From the NCBI RefSeq assembly GCF_047606305.1, contig NZ_JASGER010000051.1, forward strand, positions 6,787-70,786: a stretch of DNA of 64,000 nt. The letters run 5' to 3'. Every line of letters starts with the position of its first letter. Within the stretch, counting starts at the first letter, position 1. The DNA is from Gordonia sp. (in: high G+C Gram-positive bacteria) (GTDB taxonomy: Bacteria; Actinomycetota; Actinomycetes; Mycobacteriales; Mycobacteriaceae). The position numbers and the translations under genes are program-made. The notes beneath the pieces are model-generated. The model ran no database searches and was not told the DNA's origin. It worked only from the letters and a program-made list of their open reading frames with translations. Of this stretch, positions 15,080 through 24,726 are shown piece by piece.

Positions 15080-15499
15080 ATGAGCGATCACACCGTAGAA
15101 CCCGATCCGTCCCGTCCCAAGGGGTTGGACGCCGCCCTCGGAATGACGATCTCGGAGGCGGGCCCGGACGGCGTCGTGGCCCAGATCCCGATCACCGGGA
15201 CCCATCACCAACCGTTCGGCATCGTTCACGGCGGTGTCTATTGCGCGATGGCCGAGAGCGTGGCGAGCATCTCCGGATTCCTGTGGCTCGAGCACACCGG
15301 GATCGGCGGGACCGCCGTCGGGGTCAACAACAGCACGGACTTCATCAAGTCCGTGTCCGAGGGGACGATCGTGGCCCGATCGGTGCCGGTGCACCGCGGC
15401 AAGCGCCAGCAGCTCTGGCAGGTCGACATGACGCTGCCCGACGGCACGTTGCTCGCCCAGGGGCGCGTGCGACTGCAGAACGTGCCGCTGCCGTCCTGA
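15080..15499 (+). CDS. PaaI-family hotdog thioesterase (Rv1847-like)
   Basis: HQPFGIVHGGVYCAMAES, HRGKRQQLWQV; leaderless TAACCT-N6-ATG. Confidence 0.92.
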   Translation: MSDHTVEPDPSRPKGLDAALGMTISEAGPDGVVAQIPITGTHHQPFGIVHGGVYCAMAESVASISGFLWLEHTGIGGTAVGVNNSTDFIKSVSEGTIVARSVPVHRGKRQQLWQVDMTLPDGTLLAQGRVRLQNVPLPS

Positions 15500-15517
15500 C
15501 GGGCGGTCGGGAGGTGG

Positions 15518-16948
15518 CTAGGCGCCCTTCTTGGCGGCCTTGTGGCGTCGTTCGCGGGCCTTCTTCTCCTGCGCCTCTTCGGCCTCGCGGCGTTCGAGCT
15601 CGGAGAGGGCGCCCATCGCGGTGCGCGCGTAGACCTGCTGCTCGGTGACCGCCAGCTGGGTGCGACCGCGCGTGGTGAACGCGAAGAACCAATTGATGAA
15701 GGTGTTCAACCGGTTGCGGAAGCCGACGAGGTACACCAGGTGCAACGCCAGCCAACCCAGCCACGCGAAGTAGCCCTCGGTCTCGAACTTCTTCTTGGTG
15801 AAGGGGATCGGCACCTGCATCACCGCGGCGTATCGCGAGATCGTGGCCATCGAGCCCTTGTCGAAGTAGGAGAACGGCTTGCGCTGCTCGGGCGTCTGGC
15901 CGCGCAGTTCGGCCTTGATCGCATCGGCGGCGTAGCGACCGCCCTGGATCGCGCCCTGGGCCACGCCGGGTACGCCGTCGACGGCCATCATGTCGCCGAC
16001 GACGAAGACGTTCGGGTTGCCCGGCACGGTCAGATCCGCACCGACCTTCACGCGTCCGGCGCGGTCGAGTTCGACGCCGGTCTGATCGGCGAGCACCTTG
16101 CCCAGGGCACTGGCCTGCACGCCGGCGGACCACACCTTGCACTGCGCGTTGATGCGCCGCACGGTGCCGTCGGAGTCCTTGACCTCCAGGCCGTCGTAAT
16201 CGAGGTTCGTGACCATCGAGTTGAGCTGCACCTCGACGCCGAGCTTCTCCAGTCGCTGCTGCGCCTTTGCGCTGAGTTTCGGGCCGTAGGGGGCCAGGAC
16301 GGCCGGGGCCGCGTCCAGCAGGATCACTCGCGCCTGCGTCGGGTCGATGTGTCGGAACGACCCCTTCAGGGTGCGGTCGGCCATCTCTGCGATCTGCCCG
16401 GCCATTTCGACGCCGGTCGCGCCGGCGCCGACGACGACGAAGGTCAGCAGTTTCTCGCGCTCGGCCGGATCGTCGGAGAGCTCGGCCTGCTCGAAGGCGC
16501 CGAGGATGCGGCCGCGCAACTCGAGGGCGTGGTCGATGGTCTTCATGCCGGGCGCGTACTCGGCGAACTGGTCGTTGCCGAAGTAGGACTGGTCGGCGCC
16601 GGCGGCGATGATCAGGCTGTCGTACGGGGTGATGGTGACCCGTTCGAGCAACCGGGAGGTCACCGTCTGCGCCTTGACGTCGATCTCGAACACGTCGCCG
16701 AGCAGGACGGTCGCGTTCTCCTGGTCGCGCAGGATGATGCGCGTCGCCGGGGCGATCTCGCCCTCGGACACGATGCCGGTCGCGACCTGGTACAGCATCG
16801 GCTGGAACAGGTGGTGGGTGGTCCGCGCGATGAGGGTGACGTCGACGTCGGCCCGCTTCAGGCGCTGTGCGGCAAAGAGCCCGCCGAACCCGGATCCGAT
16901 GATGACGACGCGGTGGCGGGGGCTGGCTGAGGTGTCACTCGTGGTCAC
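15518..16948 (-). CDS. ndh: Type II NADH dehydrogenase
   Basis: IIGSGFGG, HHLFQPMLYQVATG, VVGAGATGVEMAG, FVVGD, YFDKGSMATI. Confidence 0.96.
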   Translation of the reverse strand: MTTSDTSASPRHRVVIIGSGFGGLFAAQRLKRADVDVTLIARTTHHLFQPMLYQVATGIVSEGEIAPATRIILRDQENATVLLGDVFEIDVKAQTVTSRLLERVTITPYDSLIIAAGADQSYFGNDQFAEYAPGMKTIDHALELRGRILGAFEQAELSDDPAEREKLLTFVVVGAGATGVEMAGQIAEMADRTLKGSFRHIDPTQARVILLDAAPAVLAPYGPKLSAKAQQRLEKLGVEVQLNSMVTNLDYDGLEVKDSDGTVRRINAQCKVWSAGVQASALGKVLADQTGVELDRAGRVKVGADLTVPGNPNVFVVGDMMAVDGVPGVAQGAIQGGRYAADAIKAELRGQTPEQRKPFSYFDKGSMATISRYAAVMQVPIPFTKKKFETEGYFAWLGWLALHLVYLVGFRNRLNTFINWFFAFTTRGRTQLAVTEQQVYARTAMGALSELERREAEEAQEKKARERRHKAAKKGA

Positions 16949-17514
16949 ACGCCAACCTTATCCCCTCGCGCCCGGGCGAGCGCGTCGGGCAAGCGATGAC
17001 GGCCGCGTCGGCGCGACCGCAGAATCTCGTACTCGACCTCGCCGGCCCCGACCGGACCCGGGGCGGCCCGCATCCCCACCTTCTCGAGCACGCGACGGGA
17101 CGCCGCGTTCTCCGGTGCGGTCCCGGCGAACACCCGCTCGGCGGGGTGTGCGGTGAAGGCGATCGCGAGGATCGCTCGGGCCGCCTCGGTGGCCAGGCCC
17201 AGGCCCCACAGGTGCCGCGGCAGCCGGTAGGACAGCTCGAGTTCCCGGCGGCGGCTGTGGCGCGGTCGGCGCAGCGCGACCCACCCCGCGAACTCGGCGG
17301 ACGGTTTCTGCACGAGCGTCCAGATCCCGGTGCCGTGGGCGGTGTACTCGGCGCGGGCCCGGGGGATGGTCCACTCGGCAATCTGGGACCGCGGCGTCGG
17401 CTCGCCGTCGCTGACGAAGCGCATCACCTGCGGGTCGGCGTCGAGGGCGACGAAGGCGTCCACGTCGTCGGGCAGCACCGGGCGCAACCACAGTCGCGGC
17501 GTGTCGACGATCAT
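16945..17514 (-). CDS. RimJ/RimL-type GNAT N-acetyltransferase
   Basis: TPRLWLRP, WGLGLATEAA, NAASRRVLEKVGM. Confidence 0.88.
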   Translation of the reverse strand: MIVDTPRLWLRPVLPDDVDAFVALDADPQVMRFVSDGEPTPRSQIAEWTIPRARAEYTAHGTGIWTLVQKPSAEFAGWVALRRPRHSRRRELELSYRLPRHLWGLGLATEAARAILAIAFTAHPAERVFAGTAPENAASRRVLEKVGMRAAPGPVGAGEVEYEILRSRRRGRHRLPDALARARGDKVGV

Positions 17515-17541
17515 CGGCCCGAGTCTAGTAGGACGATCGTC

Positions 17542-17982
17542 CTAGTCGGTGGCGCCGCGCCGCCGCCGGAAGGGCACCGGCCCACCGCGGTGGTCGGCGA
17601 GGATCGTGCGCACCTCGTCGGGGATCGGAGCGGGCTTTCCCTCGGCGGTCATGATGACGACGGTGGTCTCGGCAAGGGCGCAGACGGTGCCCTTCGGGTC
17701 GAGCAGCTCGTAGCCGAATTCGAAGGACGAGCGGCCGACGGCGCTGATCGAGCAGACGATCCGGACCGGATCGGTCGAGTAGTGCAGGATCGAGACGTAT
17801 TCGATCTCCTGGCGCGCGACCAACAGGTGGATGCCGCGCCGGGCGTTGCCGAACCACCGGTTGAAGCACTCGACGCGGGCCTGCTCGAACAGCCGCGCGA
17901 TCTGGACGTTGTTGATGTGGCCCAGGGCGTCCATGTCGCCCCAGCGCAGATGGATCTCGAAGACGTCGCCGGAATCACTCAC
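17542..17982 (-). CDS. Acyl-CoA thioesterase (4HBT-like hotdog)
   Basis: LRWGDMDALGHINNV, VGRSSFEF; GTG start with TAGGCT-N7. Confidence 0.88.
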   Translation of the reverse strand: MSDSGDVFEIHLRWGDMDALGHINNVQIARLFEQARVECFNRWFGNARRGIHLLVARQEIEYVSILHYSTDPVRIVCSISAVGRSSFEFGYELLDPKGTVCALAETTVVIMTAEGKPAPIPDEVRTILADHRGGPVPFRRRRGATD

Positions 17983-18028
17983 GAAAGCGAGCCTAGCGGT
18001 GTCGGTTCCCGGCGATAGGATCGCCGGG

Positions 18029-21000
18029 ATGCTCACCGTTCACCGCGCCGAGCGCGCCGACGCCCTCGTCGAGGTGTTGGCCGCGACGATGGCGTCGCCG
18101 CTCGCCGACCCGATGGCCGCCGAGGTCGTCGCCGTCGCGGCACACGGGGTCGAGCGGTGGCTCGCCCAGCAGCTCGCCCAGACCCTCGGTGCCGGGCCCG
18201 TCGGCGACGGGGTCGCCGCCAACATCGACTTCCTGGGGGCCACCGAGTTGGTGACACGGGTGGTCGATCCGTTCGCGCTGCCGCGGGGGGTGCGGGCACA
18301 GCTGTGGCAGCCGGAGCAGCTGCTGTGGCCGGTGTTGGCCGCACTCGAGGAGTGCATCGACGATCCTGCCCTGACCATGCTCGCGCGACACATCGACGCC
18401 GCCGGCGAGGACGCGTGGCGCGGGCGCAAACTCGCCACCGCCACGACGATCGCCCGGATGTTCGCCTCCTACGGCCGCCAGCGCCCGCAGATGGTGGCCG
18501 CCTGGGCCCGCGGGGAGGACGTCAGCGGCGCCGTCGTCGGCGGTGGTTCCCAACCCCTCGACCTCGACCAACTCTGGCAACCGCTGCTCTGGCGACGGGT
18601 GCGCGAGCAGCTCGCCGGCCCGCACCCGGCCGAGATCCTCGACGAGGTGGTCGCCGGGATCGTCGACGACCCGGGGCGGCTCGATCTGCCCGAGCGGCTG
18701 ACGATCTTCGGCCCGACGCGGATCCCGCAGATGCTGCGCGAGCTGCTCGACGGCTTGGCCCGTCACCGCGAGATCGGGCTCTACCTGGCCCATCCGAGCC
18801 CCCGCCTGTGGGAGAGGGTCGCCGCGGCTGCGACGCCGGTCGGACCCCACCCGCGCGTGCTGCGCTCCCCGCCGGCGATCGCCAACCCGTTGCTGGCGAG
18901 TCTGTCCCGGGACGTGCAGGAACTGCAGGAATCGTTGGGCGCGACGATCGGCGCCGATCAGTACCACCCCGCTCCCGCTGCGCCGGAGCGGACACTGCTG
19001 GCCGCGGTCCAGACCGCGCTGCGCGACGACGGGGACGCTCCGGTCAAGGGGTTGGCAGCGGACACGTCGCTGGAGCTGCACGCCTGCCACGGTCGGGAAC
19101 GACAGGTCGAGGTGCTGCGGGAGCGGTTGCTGCACCTGTTCGCCGACGATCCGACCCTGCAGCCGCGCGACGTGCTGATCATGTGTCCCGACATCGAGGA
19201 GTTCGCGCCGCTGATCACCGGGGCCTTCGGCCGCGAGGGAGGCGATCATCCCGCGGCCGGGCTGCGGGTGCGCCTTGCCGACCGCGGACTGCTGGCGACC
19301 AACGACGTGCTGGAGGTCGTGCTGCGGATCATCGCGCTCGGCGTCGGACGCGTGACGGTCAGCGAACTGCTCGACCTCGCCGCGCTCGAGCCGGTCCGCC
19401 GACGGTTCGGCTTCACCGACGACGACCTCGAGAACCTCGGCAGCTGGGCGGTGCGCGCCAACATCCGCTGGGGCGTGGACGCCGTGCAGCGCACCCGCTA
19501 CGAGATGGCGGGCTTCCCGCAGGGCACCGCGGAGGCCGGATTGGACCGGCTGCTGCTCTCGGTCGCGGCCGACGAGGCGGACGGGCGCTGGCTCGGCACC
19601 GCGCTGCCACTCGGCGGGATCGACTCCAGCGACACCGAGGTGGTCGGGCGCTTCGCCGAGTACGTCGAGCGGCTGCGCGGAGTCCTGGACGAGTTCGGCC
19701 GCCCGCGCCCCGCGCGGGGATGGGCCGACGTGCTGACCGGTGTCGTCGACCGGCTCACCCAGGTCGACCGCGATGCGGAATGGGAGCGGGCGCAGGCGAT
19801 CCGCCTCGTCCGCGAGGCACTGACCGACGACCTCGCCCTCACCCCCTCGGACGTCCGCGACCTCGTCGAGGACCTCGTCGCTGCGACGCCGACGCGGTCC
19901 AACTTCTGCACCGGCGAGCTCACCGTGTGCTCGATGGTCCCGATGCGGTCGGTGCCGCACCGGGCGATCGTCCTGCTCGGCATGGACGGGGAGGCGTTCC
20001 CGCGCACCCAATCGGTCGACGGCGACGACATCCTGGCCGTCGAACCACTCGTCGGCGAGCGCTCGCCACGGGACGAAGACCGGCAGGCCTTCCTCGACGC
20101 CATCACGGCGGCGCGCGAGCACCTGATCGTCTGCTACACCGGCGCCGACCCGATCACCGGCGCGCCGGTGCCGCCGTCGGTGGTGGTCAGCGAGCTACTG
20201 GACGCGGTGGGCACGTTGGCCGGCCCCGCCGTCGCAGCGGAGGTCGTACGGGCCCATCCGCTGCACGCGTTCGACGAACAGAACTTCCACCGGCCCGCGC
20301 CGTTCTCCTTCGACCGGTCGCTGCTACCCGGTGCCCGGGCCCTCGCGGAGTCGACCGCCAGCCGACGCCCCGGGGCGCGGTGGCCCACCATGGCCGGTGA
20401 CCTGCCGCCGGTTTCGGGCGGCGACATCGACCTCGCCGAACTCACGGCGTTCATCGTGAACCCGGCTGACGGATTCCTCCGGCAGCGTCTGGGGGTGAGT
20501 GTGCCGCGCACCGACGAGGGCGCCCCGGACCAGTTGTCGGTCGACCTGGGGCCGCTGGAGCGGTGGGGGGCGGGTGATCGGCTGTTGTCGGCCCTGCTGG
20601 AGGGCGCCGATCCCGCCGACGCGCGCGCGGCCGAGTTCCGTCGCGGCGCCCTGCCGCCGTTCCAGCTGGGGCTGGACGCCCTCGCGCCGATATCGGCGAA
20701 GGCGCAGGCCATCGCCGAGCGGGCCCGGGCGGCGCGCCGGGGCGAGGCACGGACCGTCGACGTCCGCGTCGAGCTGCCGGACGGCCGACGCGTCTACGGG
20801 ACGGTGCCCGACGTCTACGACGACGGCCCGGTCGCGGTCACCTATTCGAACCTGAAGGGAAAGCAGCGGCTGGAGACCTGGGTGGCGCTGCTCGCACTCA
20901 CCGCCGGTTCGGACGCCGAGGTGCGCGGCGCATGCGTCATCGGCAGCCAGGGGCAGGGCACGGCGCTGCGGCGCTATTCCACGGTTGCCGACGCCGCGGC

Positions 21001-21355
21001 GGTGCTGGGTGCGCTGGTGGCCCTGCGGGACGCCGGGCTGGCTAGCCCGTTCGCGCTGCCGCTGGACGCGGCTGAGAGCGCCGTCGCCGTCTACGACCGG
21101 ACCGGCAACCCCGTGCAGGCGATGAACCGCGCGCGCAGCCGCTTCGAATACGACCGCTTCGTGCAGAACCAGTCGGTGTCCCTGTTGCTGACCGGCGACC
21201 CCGACACCCCGGTCACCTTCGACGACTGCGTGGGATCGGTGCCCGACTCCGTGCCCACCGATGCCCCCTGGGCGCACGAGCCGGGCCTCCCCGGGTTCCT
21301 GCGCGCCGCGTTGGTCGTCTTCGCGCCGATGCTGCAACAGGAGTCGGACCGATGA
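18029..21355 (+). CDS. recC: Exodeoxyribonuclease V gamma subunit
   Basis: MLTVHRAERAD, HACHGRERQVEVLRE, LQPRDVLIMCPDIE, TVCSMVPMRSVPHR, EDRQAFLDAI. Confidence 0.95.
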   Translation: MLTVHRAERADALVEVLAATMASPLADPMAAEVVAVAAHGVERWLAQQLAQTLGAGPVGDGVAANIDFLGATELVTRVVDPFALPRGVRAQLWQPEQLLWPVLAALEECIDDPALTMLARHIDAAGEDAWRGRKLATATTIARMFASYGRQRPQMVAAWARGEDVSGAVVGGGSQPLDLDQLWQPLLWRRVREQLAGPHPAEILDEVVAGIVDDPGRLDLPERLTIFGPTRIPQMLRELLDGLARHREIGLYLAHPSPRLWERVAAAATPVGPHPRVLRSPPAIANPLLASLSRDVQELQESLGATIGADQYHPAPAAPERTLLAAVQTALRDDGDAPVKGLAADTSLELHACHGRERQVEVLRERLLHLFADDPTLQPRDVLIMCPDIEEFAPLITGAFGREGGDHPAAGLRVRLADRGLLATNDVLEVVLRIIALGVGRVTVSELLDLAALEPVRRRFGFTDDDLENLGSWAVRANIRWGVDAVQRTRYEMAGFPQGTAEAGLDRLLLSVAADEADGRWLGTALPLGGIDSSDTEVVGRFAEYVERLRGVLDEFGRPRPARGWADVLTGVVDRLTQVDRDAEWERAQAIRLVREALTDDLALTPSDVRDLVEDLVAATPTRSNFCTGELTVCSMVPMRSVPHRAIVLLGMDGEAFPRTQSVDGDDILAVEPLVGERSPRDEDRQAFLDAITAAREHLIVCYTGADPITGAPVPPSVVVSELLDAVGTLAGPAVAAEVVRAHPLHAFDEQNFHRPAPFSFDRSLLPGARALAESTASRRPGARWPTMAGDLPPVSGGDIDLAELTAFIVNPADGFLRQRLGVSVPRTDEGAPDQLSVDLGPLERWGAGDRLLSALLEGADPADARAAEFRRGALPPFQLGLDALAPISAKAQAIAERARAARRGEARTVDVRVELPDGRRVYGTVPDVYDDGPVAVTYSNLKGKQRLETWVALLALTAGSDAEVRGACVIGSQGQGTALRRYSTVADAAAVLGALVALRDAGLASPFALPLDAAESAVAVYDRTGNPVQAMNRARSRFEYDRFVQNQSVSLLLTGDPDTPVTFDDCVGSVPDSVPTDAPWAHEPGLPGFLRAALVVFAPMLQQESDR

Positions 21356-24300
21356 CCGCGACACCGTTCCGCCTCGACGACCCGCTGCCGACCGGCACCC
21401 TTGTGCTGGAGGCCAGTGCCGGCACGGGAAAGACCTACGCGATCGCCGCCCTCGCCGTCCGCTTCATCGCCGAGGGAACGCCGGTGTCGCGGCTGCTGAT
21501 GGCGACCTTCTCCAACGCCGCGTCGACCGAACTGCGCGACCGAACCCGCACGCGGTTGCGCGAGTGCGCCGACGCGCTGGTCGACCTCGACGCGGCCGCA
21601 GCGTCCGGCGATGCGCTCGTCGCCCTGCTCGCCGCCGGTTCCAGCGACGAGGCTGCGCTGCGCCGCGAGCGGCTGCTGTCCGCACTGTCGGACTTCGATG
21701 CGGCGACCATGGCCACCACCCACACGTTCTGCAACCGGATGCTGACGGTGCTCGGGTTCCTCGGCGAGCGCGACCAGCACCACACCCTCGTCGAGGACGT
21801 CGACGATCTTGCCCGTGAGGCCGGGCGGGACCTCTACCTGAAGCGTTTCGCCGGGCAACCCGACGACGACTACCCGTTCCCCACGGCGACGGAGATCGCC
21901 CGCGACGCTTTGCGCAACCCGACCACCGCTCTGGCACCGACCGGACCGGACGCCGGGGCCGGCGCCACCTGGGTACGGTTCGCCGCGGCCGTGCGCGATC
22001 GGGTGGACACCCGCAAACGCTGGTCGAGGCTGCGCACCTACGACGACCTGCAGGGCCGCCTGCACGCGATCATCACCGATCCCGAGGCCGGCGGCGCGGC
22101 GTGCGCCCGGATCCGCGGCCGCTACGACGTCGTCCTGGTCGACGAGTTCCAGGACACCGATCCCGAGCAGTGGGAGATCCTGCGGCGGTGTTTCCACGGG
22201 CATCGACCGATGGTGCTGGTCGGCGACCCGAAACAGTCGATCTACGCCTTCCGCGGCGCGGAGGTCCTGAGCTACCTGGCCGCGGCCCGCGAGGCGCAGG
22301 ATCAGCGGAACCTCACGGTGAACTGGCGGTCGGACGGACCACTCGTCGATGCCTTGGGTGCCGTGCTGGTGGACGCCGAACTCGGTGATCGGCAGATCGC
22401 CGTGCATCCCGTCCGCGCCGCCCAGGCCGACTCGCGGATCGTCGGGGCTCCGCCGCTGCGCGTGCGGTTCTTCGACCGCAGGGACTTCACCAAGCACACC
22501 AAGGACGGCTCCACCCCGCTGGTGCCCGGCGTGCGCGAGCGGGTCATCGCCGATGTCGCCGACGACATCGCCGCCACCCTCGCCTCGGGGGCGCGCATCG
22601 TCGTCGACGGGCGGGACGGACCACGGGAGCGGCCCGTGGAACCCGGCGACATCGCGGTGCTGCTGCGCACCAACAGCACCATCGAACCGTTGCAGCGCGC
22701 CCTGGGGGCCTACGGCATCGCGACGGTGGTGACCGGCGGCCAGAGCGTGTTCGCCACCGACGCGGCCCGGTACTGGTGGTACCTGCTGTCGGCCCTCGAC
22801 CGACCGTCCGACGCGCGGCGCGTGCGGTTGGCGGCGGTGACCCCGCTGGTCGGCGTCACGCCCGCGGAACTGGACGCCGCCGGGGACGCCGGGGTGGGTG
22901 CGCTGGCCGCCGACCTCGCCACCTGGGCGCGCGTCTTCGAATCCGGCGGACCGGCGGCGATGACCGCGCAGATCCTCGCCGACCGCGGCGTGGCCGGCCG
23001 GGTACTCGGCCTGGTCGACGGGGAGCGGTTGCTCACCGATCTGCTGCAGGTCGCATCGCTACTCGGGGACGAGGTCGCCGAGAACGGCAGCGGGCTCACC
23101 GGTCTGGCCGCCTGGCTGGGGGAGAACGTCGCCGACCGGGGTCGCGTCCAGCGACGCGCCAACCAGACGCGGCGACTGGACCGGGACACCGCCGCGGTCC
23201 AGCTGATGACCGTGCATGCCAGCAAAGGGCTGGAGTTCCCCATCGTGTACGTCCCGTTCGGCTGGGACGGTGTGCGACCGAGCCGGCCCACGACCTTCAC
23301 CTTCCACGACGACGCGGGGGTGCGCCACCTCGACGTCGGCGGGATGTCGGCACCGGGATACCACCAGCGCAAGGCCCGTGCCGACGCCGAGGCCGCCGGT
23401 GAGGAACTACGGCTGCTGTACGTCGCGCTCACCCGGGCCCGGTCGCAAGTGGTCGCATGGTGGGCGCCGAGTACGACGACCCCGGGCGGTGCGTTCCACC
23501 GGGTCCTGTTCACCGCCGACGAGCGGACGACCGCCATGCGCGCGGGTGGGCACCACCCGATCCCGGAGACGGTCCCGCTGACCGACGACGCGGGCGAGGC
23601 GCTGGTCCTGCAGGAGGTCGCCGGTCTGCACGAGGGGATCGTCGTCGAACACGCCGGGAAACACACCGGCGTGCCGCGGTGGCATCCACCGGCTCCGGAC
23701 GCCGGCCCGGCCGATCTGGCCGTCGCCCGATTCGACCGGGTGATCGACGAGACCTACCGACGGACGTCGTATTCGGCGATCGTCCGGGCCGCCCACGAGG
23801 CCGCGCACGCCGCCCGCGGCGCGGTATCGGGAGTCACCAGTGAGCCGGACGACGCCGTGGTCCGCGACGGCGAGGTGGCCGACGAGCCGCCCGAGGCCGA
23901 TGAGCCGGAGACGGCCGACACCGGCGGTGAGCAGACTGGCACGCCGTCGTTGATGAACGGCCTGCCGTTCGGTGCCCGGTTCGGCACCCTGGTGCACGAG
24001 GTCCTCGAGCACGTGGACACCGGCGCGGACGATCGGAGCGCCCATGTGCGCGAACTCTGCGTCGAGGGGGCGCGGCGGAGCGCCTTTGAGATCGATGTCG
24101 ACCGCCTGGCGACTGCCCTCGAGGGCGTCCTCACCACACCGATCGGGTTCGGCGATCTCTGGGACGTCAAGCCCGCCGACAGGCTCAGCGAGATGGAGTT
24201 CGAATTGCCGCTGTCCGACGCCGACGGCGGATTCCACCTGGCGGCCGTGGCCGAGCTGATGCAGCGTCACCTGCCCGACGACGATCCACTGCGACCGTAT

Positions 24301-24726
24301 GCGGACGAGGTGGCCGGGGTCTCTGACGAGCGCTTCCACGGCTTCCTCACCGGCAGCATCGACTCGGTGCTGCGGGTCCGCTCCGACGGCGAGGCCCGGT
24401 ACGTGGTCGTGGACTACAAGACCAACCGCATCCAACCGGGCGACCTGGTGGCAGAGGTGTTCTCCGCCGAGGCGATGGCCGAGGAGATGATGTCCTCGCA
24501 CTACCCGCTGCAGGCACTGCTGTACTCGGTTGCCCTGCACCGGTATCTGCGCTGGCGGCAACCGGGCTACGACCCGCGGCGCCACCTAGGCCCGGTCCAG
24601 TACCACTTCGTCCGCGGCATGGTCGGTCCAGCCACGCCGTCCGGGTGCGGGGTCTTCAGCTGGGACGTTCCGGCCGCGCTCGTCCTGGGCCTGTCGGATC
24701 TGTTGGCGGGGGTGGGTGATGACTGA
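21352..24726 (+). CDS. recB: Exodeoxyribonuclease V beta subunit (helicase-nuclease)
   Basis: EASAGTGKT, VDEFQDTD, GDPKQSIYAFRGA, MTVHASKGLEF, YVALTRA; nuclease GSID, VDYKTN, QALLY. Confidence 0.97.
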   Translation: MTATPFRLDDPLPTGTLVLEASAGTGKTYAIAALAVRFIAEGTPVSRLLMATFSNAASTELRDRTRTRLRECADALVDLDAAAASGDALVALLAAGSSDEAALRRERLLSALSDFDAATMATTHTFCNRMLTVLGFLGERDQHHTLVEDVDDLAREAGRDLYLKRFAGQPDDDYPFPTATEIARDALRNPTTALAPTGPDAGAGATWVRFAAAVRDRVDTRKRWSRLRTYDDLQGRLHAIITDPEAGGAACARIRGRYDVVLVDEFQDTDPEQWEILRRCFHGHRPMVLVGDPKQSIYAFRGAEVLSYLAAAREAQDQRNLTVNWRSDGPLVDALGAVLVDAELGDRQIAVHPVRAAQADSRIVGAPPLRVRFFDRRDFTKHTKDGSTPLVPGVRERVIADVADDIAATLASGARIVVDGRDGPRERPVEPGDIAVLLRTNSTIEPLQRALGAYGIATVVTGGQSVFATDAARYWWYLLSALDRPSDARRVRLAAVTPLVGVTPAELDAAGDAGVGALAADLATWARVFESGGPAAMTAQILADRGVAGRVLGLVDGERLLTDLLQVASLLGDEVAENGSGLTGLAAWLGENVADRGRVQRRANQTRRLDRDTAAVQLMTVHASKGLEFPIVYVPFGWDGVRPSRPTTFTFHDDAGVRHLDVGGMSAPGYHQRKARADAEAAGEELRLLYVALTRARSQVVAWWAPSTTTPGGAFHRVLFTADERTTAMRAGGHHPIPETVPLTDDAGEALVLQEVAGLHEGIVVEHAGKHTGVPRWHPPAPDAGPADLAVARFDRVIDETYRRTSYSAIVRAAHEAAHAARGAVSGVTSEPDDAVVRDGEVADEPPEADEPETADTGGEQTGTPSLMNGLPFGARFGTLVHEVLEHVDTGADDRSAHVRELCVEGARRSAFEIDVDRLATALEGVLTTPIGFGDLWDVKPADRLSEMEFELPLSDADGGFHLAAVAELMQRHLPDDDPLRPYADEVAGVSDERFHGFLTGSIDSVLRVRSDGEARYVVVDYKTNRIQPGDLVAEVFSAEAMAEEMMSSHYPLQALLYSVALHRYLRWRQPGYDPRRHLGPVQYHFVRGMVGPATPSGCGVFSWDVPAALVLGLSDLLAGVGDD

